Shown piece after piece: positions 41,428 through 55,145 of a stretch of 64,000 nt of DNA. Source of the stretch: Octopus vulgaris (taxonomy: Eukaryota). Positions within the stretch are counted from its first letter, which is position 1, and the number at the start of each line of letters is the position of its first letter. Below the pieces are notes generated by a model. The model saw only the letters and a list, made by a program, of their open reading frames with translations. It searched no databases and was not told the DNA's origin. The stretch spans positions 101,494,001 to 101,558,000 of the forward strand of contig OX597822.1 in the NCBI GenBank assembly GCA_951406725.2, in the 5' to 3' direction. The translations under genes and the position numbers were made by a program.

Positions 41428-42186
41428 CGGGCAATCTTTATATCGTAATAAAAGTGTATATATTATTTGAAGCCAAATACTGCGGTATTCGCCCAAAGAG
41501 GCAGTCTAATGTAGACGATTGAGGCCAAGAAAACAAACATATATCGTAGCAAACAGGAATCGTCTGGGATGGGCGCCGACCGCCTACCACCGAAGAAGTG
41601 CAGTACGCTGAAATCACGAGATTTGTCAGCTCTGTCACCCATACCATATCATTTGCTACGATATTTCTGTGTTCTTAGCACCATACGGCTATATGAGAGG
41701 ACTTCTTAAGGTGAATATTGCCGTATTCGGTGTTCTAACCATAACACCTCGTTTAATAGGATACAAGATTGCTATTCGGTACTTATACTACCTAGGTCGC
41801 TAATATATTTGTTAGTGCGTGTGTGTGAGTGTGTGTGTGTATGTGTGCGTATGTGTGTGTGTGTATGTGTGTGTGTGTGTAGACATTTTAACCCCACAAC
41901 CAGTAGTGATATTGGTATTTAATTTTGAATTCATTTCACATAATTAAGTGTAGCATAGCTTATCTGAATCCTCTACTCATTTATGTTTCAACGTATCGCT
42001 AAGAACAAATGCTTTTAAACTGGTATGTCCTGTCCTATCGCACCTGAATAAACCTAGTGGATATTTGAAACAATTTTCAACTGTTTTGCTGCTATGGACT
42101 ATTTCCCCTCAGATGTTCTTTTTGGTTTGATCTTGAAAGTCCAGAATTTATTTCCAAGAAGATTTCTTAAATATCATTTTTATATA

Positions 42187-42406
42187 TATTTCTTTATTGC
42201 CCACAAGGGGCTAAACATAGAGGAGACAAACAAGGAGAGACGAACGGATTAAGTCGATTACATCGACTCCAGTGCGTAACTGGTACTTAATTTATCGACC
42301 CCGAAAGGATGAAAGGCAAAGTCGACCTCGGCGGAATTTGAACTCCCAACGTAACGGCAGACGAAATACGGCTACCCATTTCACCCGGCGTGTTAACGCT
42401 TCTGCC
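42187..42406 (-). mobile_element. SINE A
   Basis: Reverse complement of the 30293 copy, lacking the first ~10 nt. Confidence 0.85.
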
Positions 42407-43606
42407 TGCATGCAGGCTAATATACTTAAGGTGGTGCGCAGGAAATAATTTTGTATCAATTAAAGTTACAACCTGTAAATCTCAAGTGAAATATGCTCCA
42501 TAGAGAAAGCCAAATGATACGGAAATGTGTCCGGAATTGGTACCATAATTACTAAAGATCATACTTATCATCTTATGTTCCTCCATTTAATTTTTAGTTT
42601 AATGAAATTTCAAGTGTTTTCTCCCGTTTATCTTTTGAGGAAATAACTCCTACAACACTTGTTTTTTGTTTCCTGAGAATTTTTATAAATTTAATTGATT
42701 ATTCGACCACTTTGGCTCCATTAGCTTGCACATTTGTTTTCTATGCATAAAACACGAGTAGGAAAATGGTCTTGTGTCTTTAAGTATTTGTTGATGTGTG
42801 AACAATTTCGTGATTATAATGAAGGATAGTGTCTACAGATTTTGTCTTACATTGAATGGACCTTAATATATTTTAGAAACTAGGTTATATTTATATTTAA
42901 ATTGCCGATATTATTCGGTTGTTACTGTAAATCCAATCTGAAGCAGTTACTGCATTACTTTGAGGCATAAATTTCTTTGATCAGCCGATCGGTGAAAAAT
43001 CGATTAGTTTATTGAGCTAAAGTTCTTTAAATACATCTATATGTTGTTTCTGAAATGAATTTATAGATTATTTCCAAGCATACATTTTTATGCGTCTCAG
43101 GCAACACGAATTAATGTTTTCTCTATCACACGAGTAAAGTAGGATCTGTTTTGGCAATACAGGTATTGACGAAATACAACAAACCATTGTAAGTTTCTTT
43201 ACAAAACAGGAGTGGCTTATGGCAAATTTCTTAAAATTCGCATTATTTTTCATAAGATGGGTTAAATTGATGAATTGGATTGAATGGAAGCTGATTTCTA
43301 ACAAAAACATTAAGAGCAGTCCATACGTCTATATAATCAAAAGATTTTGTAATGCTCTAAGGCAGTAACGGATTATAGAACAATTCAATTCGTTTGATCA
43401 TATAAAGTACAAACCTGAGAGAAAAACATTGATTAATTTTGCGCATTATTTTCTCCGTGCCAGAGACTGTACTTGCGAAAGTAGAATGTAGGATATATTT
43501 AGGTTGGAAAGTAGAACTTTTTCGAAGTTACTGTTTTAACATTTGACATATTTCATTAAAAGATATCCACACACACACATACATGCACACAGACACATAC
43601 GCTAAC

Positions 43607-43645
<39 letters not shown>

Positions 43646-43680
43646 GATAGATAGATAGATAGATAAAATAGATAAATAAA

Positions 43681-43928
43681 TGCGCCCTTTTAAAGCCTAG
43701 CCAGGCTCATGGGTCCGGTTTCCCGGTTTCTATGGCGTATGTGTTCCCCAGCTGGACGGGACGCCAGTCCATCGCAGCGTTATTCATTTTTGACAGCTGA
43801 GTGGACTGGAGCAACGTGAAATGAAGTGTTTTGCTCAAGAACACAACGCGTCGCCCGGTCCAGGAATCGAAACCACAATCTTACGATCATGATGCTGACA
43901 CCCTAACCACTAGGCCGCGCGCGTCCAC
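43681..43928 (-). mobile_element. SINE family E
   Basis: tRNA head with GGTTTCGATTCC; CORE-like GTGTTCTTGAGCAAAACACTT; TGCGATGGACTGGCGTCCCGTCCAG. Confidence 0.8.
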
Positions 43929-44309
43929 ATATAGATAGATAGGTATACAGTATATATTCGGAAGATGTCAATAACGTCAGAGACACAGGAGCTTCTCTGT
44001 GTTTAAAGAGTTCCCTTTTCCACCACTTGGTTCCTGGTTCAGTATCACTGTGCATCCTTTTGGGGTGGCGTCTTCTCATTGGCTCCAGGTTGACCAATGC
44101 CTTGTATGCGTGTTCGGTAGACGGAAAAATAGAAGACCGTCGTATATATATGACTGGAAACGGTGTTTCCTGGGGTTGGGTGGTGGTAGCATTCTTCCCT
44201 TTCCTGAGACTGCCACATTAAGTTGGCAATACGCCATCACTTTATCGTGCTGCTATTGTATAAGTCTCTCTGAGAGATTTAGAAATGCAATATTTCTAAT
44301 CATATATAC

Positions 44310-44448
<139 letters not shown>

Positions 44449-44599
44449 TACATGTGTGTGTGTTTGTGTAGTTATGTGTTGGTGTTTTTACACACATGTA
44501 ACTTCACTGTAAGTACTAGATTTAAAAAGAATAAATACTGGGTACATTTATTCATCTTAACAAGTGGTTCTCAACCGGGGCCCATTGAATATTGGTTTT

Positions 44600-44989
44600 A
44601 AATTTTGGCACAAAAGTAAGTCGATTACAGTCCTCAGCTGGTTCTTATTTTATCGACTCCGAAAAGATGAAAAGAGAAGGTCGACCTCAGTTTGAACTGA
44701 GAACGTAAAGACGGACGAAATGCCGCTAAGCACTTTATCCGGCGTGCTAACGATTCTTATTTCTTTATTACCCACAAGGGGATAAACACAGAGGGGACAA
44801 ACAAGGACAGACATAGGTATTAAGTCGATTACATCGACCCCAGTGTATAACTGGTACTTAATTTATCGACCCCGAAAGGATGAAAGGCAAAGTTGACCTC
44901 GTCGGAATTTGAACTCGGAACATAACGGCAGGCGAAATACCGCTAAGCATTTCGCCCGGCGTGCTAACGATTCTGCCAGCTCGCCGCCT
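44600..44989 (-). mobile_element. SINE A dimer (young unit plus older relative)
   Basis: Junction AAAGAAATAA|GAATCGTTAGCACG (minus strand) at ~44756. Confidence 0.8.
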
Positions 44990-46197
44990 CATTGATTTCG
45001 AATTTCAACATAAAATTCATCAGGTGTTACGATCGATTACTTTGTTCAGATATCTAACTAGTTCCTACAACATCTGTCATGGTAAAAATAAAAGATAAAC
45101 GCGACTTAAATAGGATTTAAAATCCGAGAATATAAAATGGCTTAGTTTAAGACTGCAAAAAGATATTACGTTTTCTTATTGAGGCACAAAGGCAGAAATT
45201 TTGAGGTAGGAAATTAGTCAATACCAACGTCCCTAGTACTTGAGTAATACCTATTTTTGACGATCACGGAGGGCTGAAAAGCAAAGTTGGCCTCGGTGGG
45301 TTGATCTCAGAATATAAAGAGCCGCAACAAAATACTGTAATGCATTTTTCCGATGCTCTAGTGATTCTGACAGCTCGCCGTCTTATAGCAGCATAAATTC
45401 AATTATTTAAGACTTTCGTACAATGAGAGTGATTTTAGTGACTATGTTTATAGTTGATTAGATTGACTAGGGTCAAGGACATCAACTGATGTATAGTTTA
45501 TCGATCCCGGAATGATGAAATATTAAAGTCGACTTTGCGGAATTTGAACTCAGAACGTAATGATTCAGAAGAAAGTCCACTTGGCATATTAGTCCGATGC
45601 TTTAAAGATTCCACCAGCTCGCTGCCTTAAAGCCGCATAAAAATAATGATACTACATATACAATGCATTGAGATTCTAGTAAATATTACATATTTTCTCT
45701 TTTAAGTAGCAGTCTTTTGCACAACACATGATTTACAGGAACAAAAAATCAGGAATATTTTGTATTTTATTTCATTTTTGAAACGATTATTAGCAGTTAA
45801 AATGGTGTAGAACAGCATAAATCAAAACTGAACTCAAATCTCTGTTGAATGTACTGAATGAGCTATACATATGATAGAGAAATGTTCTTGTGTTTTCAGC
45901 AGAATATTAATAAGCAATCGCTGAGATAAAAGAAATAAATCGAAATAACTTAGGTATTAACTGATAATGTCAGGTGCTGACGTCTTTAAAAAAATGTATA
46001 TTTTATTGAACCTTGTTTGGAGTGAATTTGCGAAAAAATACAAAAATACATTCTTCCTTCCCGTCTAAAACATCTGTACTAACTGTAGTATTGATCGCTC
46101 AGCCTTTTGATAGTAAATAATAAATTTAGTAAGAAGCAAAATATCAGCAAACATAGATTGAAACTTATTGATATATACATATATACACACACACACG

Positions 46198-46242
<45 letters not shown>

Positions 46243-46403
46243 ATACTCTCTGACACATTTGGAATAGATCAATATACCATATCGTCCACAAAATTACGTG
46301 TACAAACAGATATAAAATTTACATACAGTTACATATGTACATACATACATATACATATATATATATATAAATACACACACACATATATATATATAAATAT
46401 ATA

Positions 46404-46453
<50 letters not shown>

Positions 46454-47019
46454 CATAAGTTGTATATTTGTACTTACTACACATGTATGTAAATATGTAT
46501 GTATAAGTGTCTGTGCGCGCACGTTTGTGTGTGCACGTATGCATCCACACAGACGCACATACAGCTTATTGTACAACACAAACGAAAGAGAACTCAAGTC
46601 AACACGTATATTTGCGTTAACAGATTTAATCACATCTGCATCGGAAAAATGTTTCACAGGTACAAAATAAGCAAATCTCATCGCAGTATTTCGTGGTTTG
46701 TGTGTTCATGCAAAAAGCAGGAAATAGTCAATGCATGCCTGTGATAAAAGCTTCTAAAGTTTGATATAATTGTGTGTAAGCATATCCGATTGTTTTCTCA
46801 TCACAAAGGGTTTTGCACAGTTGGCTGAAGACAACGCTTTCGAAATCTTTCGGTGCAAGAACAAAAGTTGGCGTTCTAAACACACATACATATCTCTATT
46901 AAACCGTAATCCCCGGAATATATATATATATATATATATACCCACATACACGCGCTCACGCTCACAGCAAACATACATACATATACACACTACTATACAC
47001 ACATACACACACACACACG

Positions 47020-47101
<82 letters not shown>

Positions 47102-47159
47102 TATTTATATAAATGTACAGTTATATACACATACAAGCACTCGCATATATATTGCATAT

Positions 47160-47905
47160 TGATAGGTGCCTTCAAAAAGCATCTGACTTTATTTTCCCAA
47201 AAAAACTAATGGTGTGTGGGTAAAATCCTTTGCGTAAGCGGTAACTCCATCCTTTCTGCGCATATATGAAACTTTCGCGCTGGCATTCCTTGCCGGCCGT
47301 TACGCTTACAGTACAGACACATGAAGTGCACGCTCGTCAGAGTTTCGTTTTCGCAGAACGCATTGAGCAGAGATATTCCATCAAATATTTCCACAGGCTT
47401 ATTGATATTCAAGCTCAAATGCTCCAGAACATTCTTTAGACGCTTGGTAATGATGCCGTAGGCAAAAATTACATAAAGATGTGGTACAACCGCTTCAAAT
47501 ATAGCCTCACTTCAGCGGTGAAGAGGGAGGCACGCTAAGGCAAGTGTAGAGAGAAGCACGCAAGCCGGAACGAGAAGGCTATTGAGAAGGTTCGGCAAAA
47601 GGACAATGCTTTAGAGGAGCAAAGATCGGCGGGTTCTTTTGCCTTCTCTCATTAATATCATCCTGTTCCTCATTCATCTCATCTCATCTCATTAATGTCT
47701 TTGTCCAGCCCGTAGATTCTCCATCCTTGTACGACTTTCATAGCCAATTTAATGAAATAGAGAAGGTTTGGCAAATAGTCAATGAAGGTTGTCGTATAGC
47801 AATCAAAGAAATGGTTTACAAATTGAGAATAAGCTCAGGATCAATGCATTCCATTTTAACGGAATATTTATCAGTGTGAAGGGTGTCGGCAAAATTCGTC
47901 CCCAT
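47160..47905 (+). mobile_element. Decayed mariner 5' half with a small nested insertion
   Basis: EQRYSIKYF..GNDAV..IKMWYNRFK; IEKVWQIV..RIAIKEM..ISSGSMHSILTEYL..RVSAKFVP. Confidence 0.75.
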
Positions 47906-48362
47906 AGTCGATTATCATATGAACTTCGCTAGCTTACAGATGTTTTCACTATAAGGTGCAGTGGACACATAACTAAGTGCCTGAGAAACACGCTGCAGTT
48001 GCATCAGAGTCTCAACCAGAGGTTCTGATGAAAATGCAGCATGTTACCCAGGCATTGAATTGTGTGTTCATTGCATTCCTTTGCCATCTCTTTTCTTATG
48101 ATAAAGTTTCTATAGTTTAATAGAATTATAAGTAAATACAGGTTGCGTAAGGTATTTTAGGACATATCTTTTTTGGGGTCATTGCTGCATGTTTGCTAAC
48201 TCTGTTTAATTTTTGTTTCCGAAAATAATAATGGCAGATCCTCAGTTTATTTCAAGAAATGAAGGGGCATGCTGTTAGGCTGAGCATAGCTATTTAGAAA
48301 TATTTCAATTTTTAAAAGTTGCCAGATCTTTCGTCTACAAACGTTGTAAGAAGCGAGAGACT

Positions 48363-48749
48363 GTGAGAAGCGAGAGACTGCTTCGAGTAAAACTTTTAGA
48401 AGAGAATATGACAAAAGACTGCGTGTACTCCATCCTACGCAGCTGTGGTAGGTTATACAAAGGCGAAACATGCCGCCCCCTCAAAATAAGGGTAGAGGAA
48501 CATCGCAAAGCTGTGACACGGGGAGGTATCGATGAATTGGATATAGCTGATCATGTATGGAAAAATGGAGGCCACCTCCCCCTGTGGGATGAAGTTAAAA
48601 TAATAGACAGTGAACACCACTGGGAAATACGAAAACTAAAAGAAGCAGCACATATGCTAGGACACAACCTCCTAAGCAGACCGAGTGCGGAGATGTGTAG
48701 CATTTGGGAACCGGTACTAAGGAAGGCTAGGAGAATATTAGATTTATAA
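48363..48749 (+). pseudogene. GIY-YIG endonuclease fragment of a Penelope-like element
   Basis: CVYSI..SCGRLYKGETCRPLKIRVEEH..IADHVW..H..WDEVKII..RKLKEA. Confidence 0.85.
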
Positions 48750-48778
48750 GCCTTAAAGTTCACTCCATAATTTCCGAC

Positions 48779-49051
48779 GGGCATATGGCGTAGTAGTTAA
48801 GAGCGCGGGCTACTAACCCAAAGATTCTGAATTCGATTCCACGCAGCGACCTGAATAATAATAATAATAATAATGATGGTAATAATGATAACAATAATAG
48901 CAATAACATCGAAAAATACCATTGGAATGAAAAATTTCCCCAAGACACCTGATGAAGGCTGGAGGGTTATCAGCCGAAACAAGATGAGTACAAATATCCG
49001 TCAAATGTAAATAATGTACATAATTCCTCATCTCTTAAATATAGAACTGTA
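48779..49051 (+). mobile_element. tRNA-headed SINE-like element ending in a PLE terminus with a partial hammerhead
   Basis: A box TGGCGTAGTAG, B box GAATTCGATTCC, (AAT)n linker, then CCAAGACAC-CTGATGA-A-GGCTG..CAGCC-GAAAC and a tail matching 11172-11289. Confidence 0.75.
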
Positions 49052-49072
49052 TTATATATTTGTGTGTATGTA

Positions 49073-49110
<38 letters not shown>

Positions 49111-49546
49111 TATTCTTTGTATGGATGCATATAATTATGTATGTCCATCTGTCTCTGTCTGTCTGTTTCCCCCCCCTCCCATACATATACACACGCACGC
49201 AAACGTTAAAAAAAATGCGTGTTGATAATCAAAGATTCATATCGTGATCATTCTTGAATTTTAATTCAATATTTTAATACTGACTTCTTTCGAAGAAAAA
49301 AGATAACGACAGATAATTAACGCGAGATCTTATTTTACGGTATTTGTATACAAAAAGAAATTTGGAAATAAGGCAATATGGCTTGCACACACATACATAT
49401 AGACACATCCGTACACATTCACGCATATACTCATGGATAGATACATATATACATAAATGCATACATACACGCATACAAATATATAGACATGTATGTGTGT
49501 GTGTCCGTCTGTGTGTTCGTGTCTGTGTGTGTGTCCGTCTGTGTGT

Positions 49547-49595
<49 letters not shown>

Positions 49596-49946
49596 TATGT
49601 GTATGTGTGTATACGTGTATTTATGGCGTTAGCGATCTGGTAGAATAGTTTGTGCCTCAAAGATTCTGCTACACGAAAACCATTCCTGACTTGTGCGCAC
49701 TGTATTGAAATGCTATCGCGAGTAAATATACTTCTCGACCATTCGAAATCGATAAATAAAGTGTCGGTAGTGTAGAGATGGTCTCTTCTATGTCTAAGAG
49801 TTTGCTGTATGTGATGCTTGTGCCCTTACAACCGCATCAATAGAAATGCACAAACACACACACACACGCACACACACACACACGCATGCACACGCACACA
49901 TACACATACGCACATACACGACAACCCACACTCATATATGTGTATA

Positions 49947-50028
<82 letters not shown>

Positions 50029-50087
50029 TATATATTGATTGATTGATTCTAGTTTCAGCTTATGAGCTGTGGCCATGCTGGGGCACC

Positions 50088-50135
<48 letters not shown>

Positions 50136-50289
50136 TATATACGTACATACATACAAACAAACAAAAATACCCTGTTGTTGATGTTGAAATTCCATTGTCA
50201 AAGATAGAGAGAGAGACAGTGAGAGTGGCGTCTCAACTTCTTCCATCTTCGTAATTTGAGACGCATCTTGGATATCAAGTGGACCGACC

Positions 50290-50769
50290 ACATCACCAAC
50301 ACCGCTTCAAGATACTCAGTATACTCATCTCCTCCAGCAGCGTCGGTTATGTACATCGCATGCGAGACGAGAGGATTTCAAAAGACCTCGTGTCGGTAGA
50401 ATTGGCCACCGACACAAGAGCACAAGAATGACCTCATATTCGTTTCAAAGACGTCTGCAGGAAAGATATGAAGTCGCTTGATCTGGAGGTCCTCAGATGA
50501 GGGGGGGTCGCAAATGTTCGCCCACGCTAAAGACAAATACTGCGAAAGGGGATGAAGCGAGGGAAGAAAACCAGAAAATCGCCAGCAAAGAAAAGCGTAC
50601 TCGGCGGAAGGAAAATCCAGTAGTACCGGCAGATAGCTTCTTCAAATGCAATCGCTGTATGTGTGACTGTTACTCCCGTGTGAGCCTCTACAGCTGCAAC
50701 AGACGCTACACCACTATCAGCAGCTGACACGATTTCTTCGGGCGCAGATCCATGGCTCTTGAGACCTAC

Positions 50770-50772
<3 letters not shown>
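50290..50772 (+). mobile_element. RTE-clade LINE 3' remnant
   Basis: RMRDERISKDL..ELAT..R..P..RFKDVCRKDMK; FKCNRC..CYSRVSLYS; (CTA)n tail. Confidence 0.8.
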
Positions 50773-50803
<31 letters not shown>

Positions 50804-51084
50804 GGGCGTAGGTTCGAAACGTAAAATACTTTTTCTATTCCTGAGCCTTATACTAATACATCTGTTTGTTTTGTACACCACCTGTCTTCGTCTTTTGTTT
50901 CTTTTTTTGTAAACTCTCCCTATATATATATTGTTAAAAAAACTTTCATACCATTTTTTTCATACCATTTTTCCAATGGCCGGATAACTAAAGAGATGGT
51001 GGCGTGGATTTCCACCTCGGCATCCGAAACTCGGAGTTTTATCATGACTAACGAATAATTGTCACATATTACATTAACAGATAC

Positions 51085-51153
<69 letters not shown>

Positions 51154-51219
51154 GGTCCCGGTTTGAGTCGGGGTTAACCACAGTAAATAAGGTACTCAAT
51201 ACATAGCAGAGTAAATTAA

Positions 51220-51348
51220 TTTATTATATAGAAGGAGCTTCTACAGGACTAGAACTGTTTCATTCAAAAGAAATCATCAGGAGCTTCCTGATGATTTTTT
51301 TTGAATGAAACAGTTCTAGTCCTGTAGAAGCTCCTTCGATATAATAAA
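51220..51348. ncRNA. Palindrome made of two back-to-back hammerhead motifs
   Basis: + strand 51281-51333: GAGCTTC-CTGATGA-T..GAAT-GAA-ACAG-TTCTAGTC-CTGT-A-GAAGCTC (7-bp stem I, 4-bp stem III, GUA site); mirror copy on the minus strand at ~51234-51282. Confidence 0.75.
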
Positions 51349-52502
51349 TATATATATATATATGCTTGCAAAAATATTCCCAGGGACAGTGAATTTCTAG
51401 CAGCTGACCTCGAATTGTAATAAATACATAATACACATTTATTTTACATCTTGTACACAAGGATTGACAGGCGCCCTTATAAATACACACACGCACACAC
51501 ACATAACAGCTCATCAGTAGATAGCAAATTTAGATTCATCTTAGTATTTATACACACCTGAGCGTTTACAACCATCTTAGTGTTGTAATCAAAGGTGTAC
51601 GAGAAGCGTCGAAATATAGAAAGTCTTAATGCGCTCAACTGGTTGGCAAATTAGGATTTAAATTTAACATTTAGGAACGAGTTGTCATAGTAAATATATT
51701 GATAAATACCTCACAATGATTACAAAATGCTGATTGTACCAAATATTCAAGAGAACTCAATAATGCGTCAAGATAATATAATGACTGTAACTTACATAAG
51801 TATTGATTTATACAGTTTAAACGAAGACGTAATTCTGAAGACTTAGCAAAAGTAAATATTTTCTTTATAATTGCAAGCTATTTGCCATATAATCAATATA
51901 ACATCTTGTTCCTGTCACGTCAAATTGAATTTGAATTTCTATTTATATTGTTCACATCTGAGAACCCAGCAATCTTTTCGAAGAATTGGCTAGCAAATTT
52001 AGACAAATTGGGTCTACGATATTTCAACAGAATCTGAAAAATCTTCGATTACTATGTGTTCTCTGTCTATCAATATTTCTGCAATACCCTTACTTCGAAA
52101 AGCATTAATAATGTGTCTGGAAAATATATAGATTGTACATATGTAATTATTTCAATATCTATTATGTTATTTTCAAAGGATTCATAGATTTACACAGCCA
52201 ACATTCGCTGGATAGAAGTTGTGGTTCAAAACAGGCAAATATGAAACAAAGGGATCATGTTAATATACAACCTAAATTCACTCATCTATATTAGTTTGTT
52301 GTTTAACATCGTCACCGAATAATTCAGGAATCAATTGTCATGTGTTGTAATTAAAAATTCCTCAAAACCATAGCAGACACATTCACAGTTAAAGGAGACA
52401 TATCAAGAAGCTCACCGACCACCGACATCAAACATCAGTGTTTATTCCTTCCTTTCCATACGTATATATGTATAATAGATACACACGAATACATATATCT
52501 AT

Positions 52503-52808
52503 ATCACGTGATCACGTGATCGACCAGACCATCAAACGTTGCTACACATCGCTGGTCACAATGCGTTCGCATTGTTTTAGCCTTCGAACGACGCCACCCC
52601 GCTGGCTAAGCGAGCAGGCCAACAGAAGAAAGAGTGAGAAAGAGTGGTGAAAGAGTACAGCAGGGATCACCACCCCCTGCCGGAGCCTCGTGGAGATTTT
52701 AGGTGTTTTCGCTCAATAAACACGCACAACACCCGGTCCGGGAATCGAAACCGCGATCCTCCGACCGCGCGTCTGCTGCCCTAACCACTAGGCCATTGCG
52801 CCTCCACA
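52503..52808 (-). mobile_element. SINE family C head with a third type of 3' region
   Basis: Same tRNA head as 32449 and 38155; ends GATCACGTGATCACGTGAT. Confidence 0.8.
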
Positions 52809-53476
52809 CATATATCTATATACACATGCACATATACACTTGACTATCGAATAATATTTTAAGCCATACCTTCTAATTTTCGTATACTAGCAAATCTACC
52901 CATCTACGGTGGAGGCATAAAATGAAGGAGGGAAGTCATAACCGCAGTGTGTATTGAGAAATGGAATTGATAGATTAATGGGTGATGACTTAGAGAAATC
53001 ACATTATTGTTGGAGATACACCATTCTATTGCAGATATAAGATGTGTGACATGTGATGACAATTCACTTTCGATCTGAAATAGGCTCCCAAACTCTGTAT
53101 CATGAACGGTTGTGTAGACCACTCCTAACTAAAGCCAGAGCTTCCTTCGACTACTACATAAAAAGTATTAAGAAAAAAATTATATTTAGATATACTTTTA
53201 TTTTAGTTCTTTGCGCTATTTTACGCTTGTTTATACTCTTATACATTCAAAGTTCACAAATTTCCTTACTCAAATTATAAATCATATTCCTTTCGATAAT
53301 ATCAATATGATTAACTTATCCAGCGAATATTAGCTATTTAAAATCTTACCTGTTTCAAAGTTTCCTTGAGGATTGTGGATTATAAATATATACATACTAT
53401 GTTATAATGTTTTATGACTGCATCAAATCAACAAAACTCTACCGGCCGTAAATTTTAAACTATTTGTGTTTACTTC

Positions 53477-53518
<42 letters not shown>

Positions 53519-53612
53519 CATAATCAAATAGGGTAATAAAATAAATTATTATTACCAGTGGCCTAGCACAAAAGACGAGTTAGTCATTAGACTATATATT
53601 TTTCGTATAGAA

Positions 53613-53770
53613 ATATAATAAAAGGCTTCCAAATAAGGAAGCGTAGTGCTAGAAACACAAAAACGGTCTGGGATATAGCTGAGATGGTAAATGTTTTTAA
53701 TTTTCATTGCTTTCATGAATTTATCCCTTTTTGTGTTTCCAGCACTACGCTTCCTTATTTGGAAGCCTTT

Positions 53771-53778
<8 letters not shown>
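53613..53778. repeat. Inverted repeat, ~51-bp arms, ~64-bp spacer
   Basis: ATATAATAAAAGGCTTCCAAATAAGGAAGCGTAGTGCTAGAAACACAAAAA (53613-53663) against 53728-53778, one mismatch. Confidence 0.9.
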
Positions 53779-53812
<34 letters not shown>

Positions 53813-54159
53813 TACATATATTATATATATACATATATATCAGTATATTCCCCCTCCACACACACATTTACATATACATACACACACACACACATATACG
53901 TATTTACGTATACATATGCCAGTGATGAGGAATGGTGGAAAGAGTGCGTGATGCTGAAGTATGAAGTAATTCTTTCTTATTTATAAAATAATTCACACTC
54001 ATTAAACTAAACCTGATATTTTTGAATTCCTTTTAGCTGTGGAAGTCTGTTAGCATTCCTCGCTGGTTTATATAGTCTGAATGCGAAATCTAACACTGGC
54101 TTGTATAGAGACGATGGGCTGAAAATTGTGCCCAACACCCGATGTGTTGTCAAGAGAAT

Positions 54160-54792
54160 CCGGCATATGATCTACCAAAGTATTCCCTCTGCATTTCGAC
54201 GTATGCCTCATTGTGAGGAGCTCCCGGTTCCAGTTTTTAATGATTATACATACTCTGAAGATGAAAGCTGTAAATCTGATCAGGATTTGAAGAAATGGTC
54301 TCAGATTCCGAAGACTCCTCATGTAATACCAAACAGTCATCAACCCCTCATCATTTTAGTTAAGCCAAACTGTATTGATTTAGGGTATGATGTGGCATTA
54401 TCAAGAAAGCAATGTAGCTATTAGCCTCCTGTCTAAATGAAAAAGTCTTGTAAATTCTACAAACGCCTCATATTTTAGAACGTAAGAGTAGAGTTTTGTG
54501 AGAAAACAAGACAAGCAATTTAGTTATTTCCACAATATTCTAGGCCTTCTTGCAGGGTGTGACTTTACTCAATATAACTCTAAAGAATGGAGATTGCTTT
54601 TGGATAGTTCTAAGGGCAGCCTCAAGTGTGTTCTCTTACATAATAGCAATGTCCTTTGTGTAGTCCTTAGTTGGTCACTCGGCGCATTTTTGAGAAATCC
54701 ACGACAATATAAAAGTGGTCTTTGACTTATTCAAATATCATATGCACAATTGGATCATTTGTGTGAATCTAAAATAGCCAAATTCCTCCTTG
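54160..54792 (+). mobile_element. Decayed DNA transposase fragment, probably Chapaev3-like (CMC)
   Basis: IYQSIPSAFRRMPHCEELPVP; YNSKEWRLLLDSSKGSLKCVLLHN; HNWIICV.LK. Superfamily assignment is from recalled motifs. Confidence 0.6.
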
Positions 54793-54944
54793 TGTTTGCA
54801 TCCCCGTAACTTATCTGTTCGGCGAAAGAGTCCAATAGAAAAAGTATTACCTTTTAAAAAATAAGTACTGGGATCGATTTGTTCAACTAAAACCCTTCAA
54901 GACCAGCATGACCACGGTCAGATGAGTAAAACAAGTGAAAAGAT

Positions 54945-54981
<37 letters not shown>

Positions 54982-55051
54982 TTGATCTTTCTGTGGATTT
55001 TGTAATGTTCCTTTAGTTCCTGCTCACATTGCCTCCCCTCGGATTAATAAG

Positions 55052-55145
<94 letters not shown>

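Noticed and set aside
54097-54135. Isolated GLYRDDGLKIV PLE RT motif fused in frame to the transposase fragment (ORF 54101-54424)
   Set aside because: Too short to call; most likely juxtaposed debris rather than a chimeric gene.
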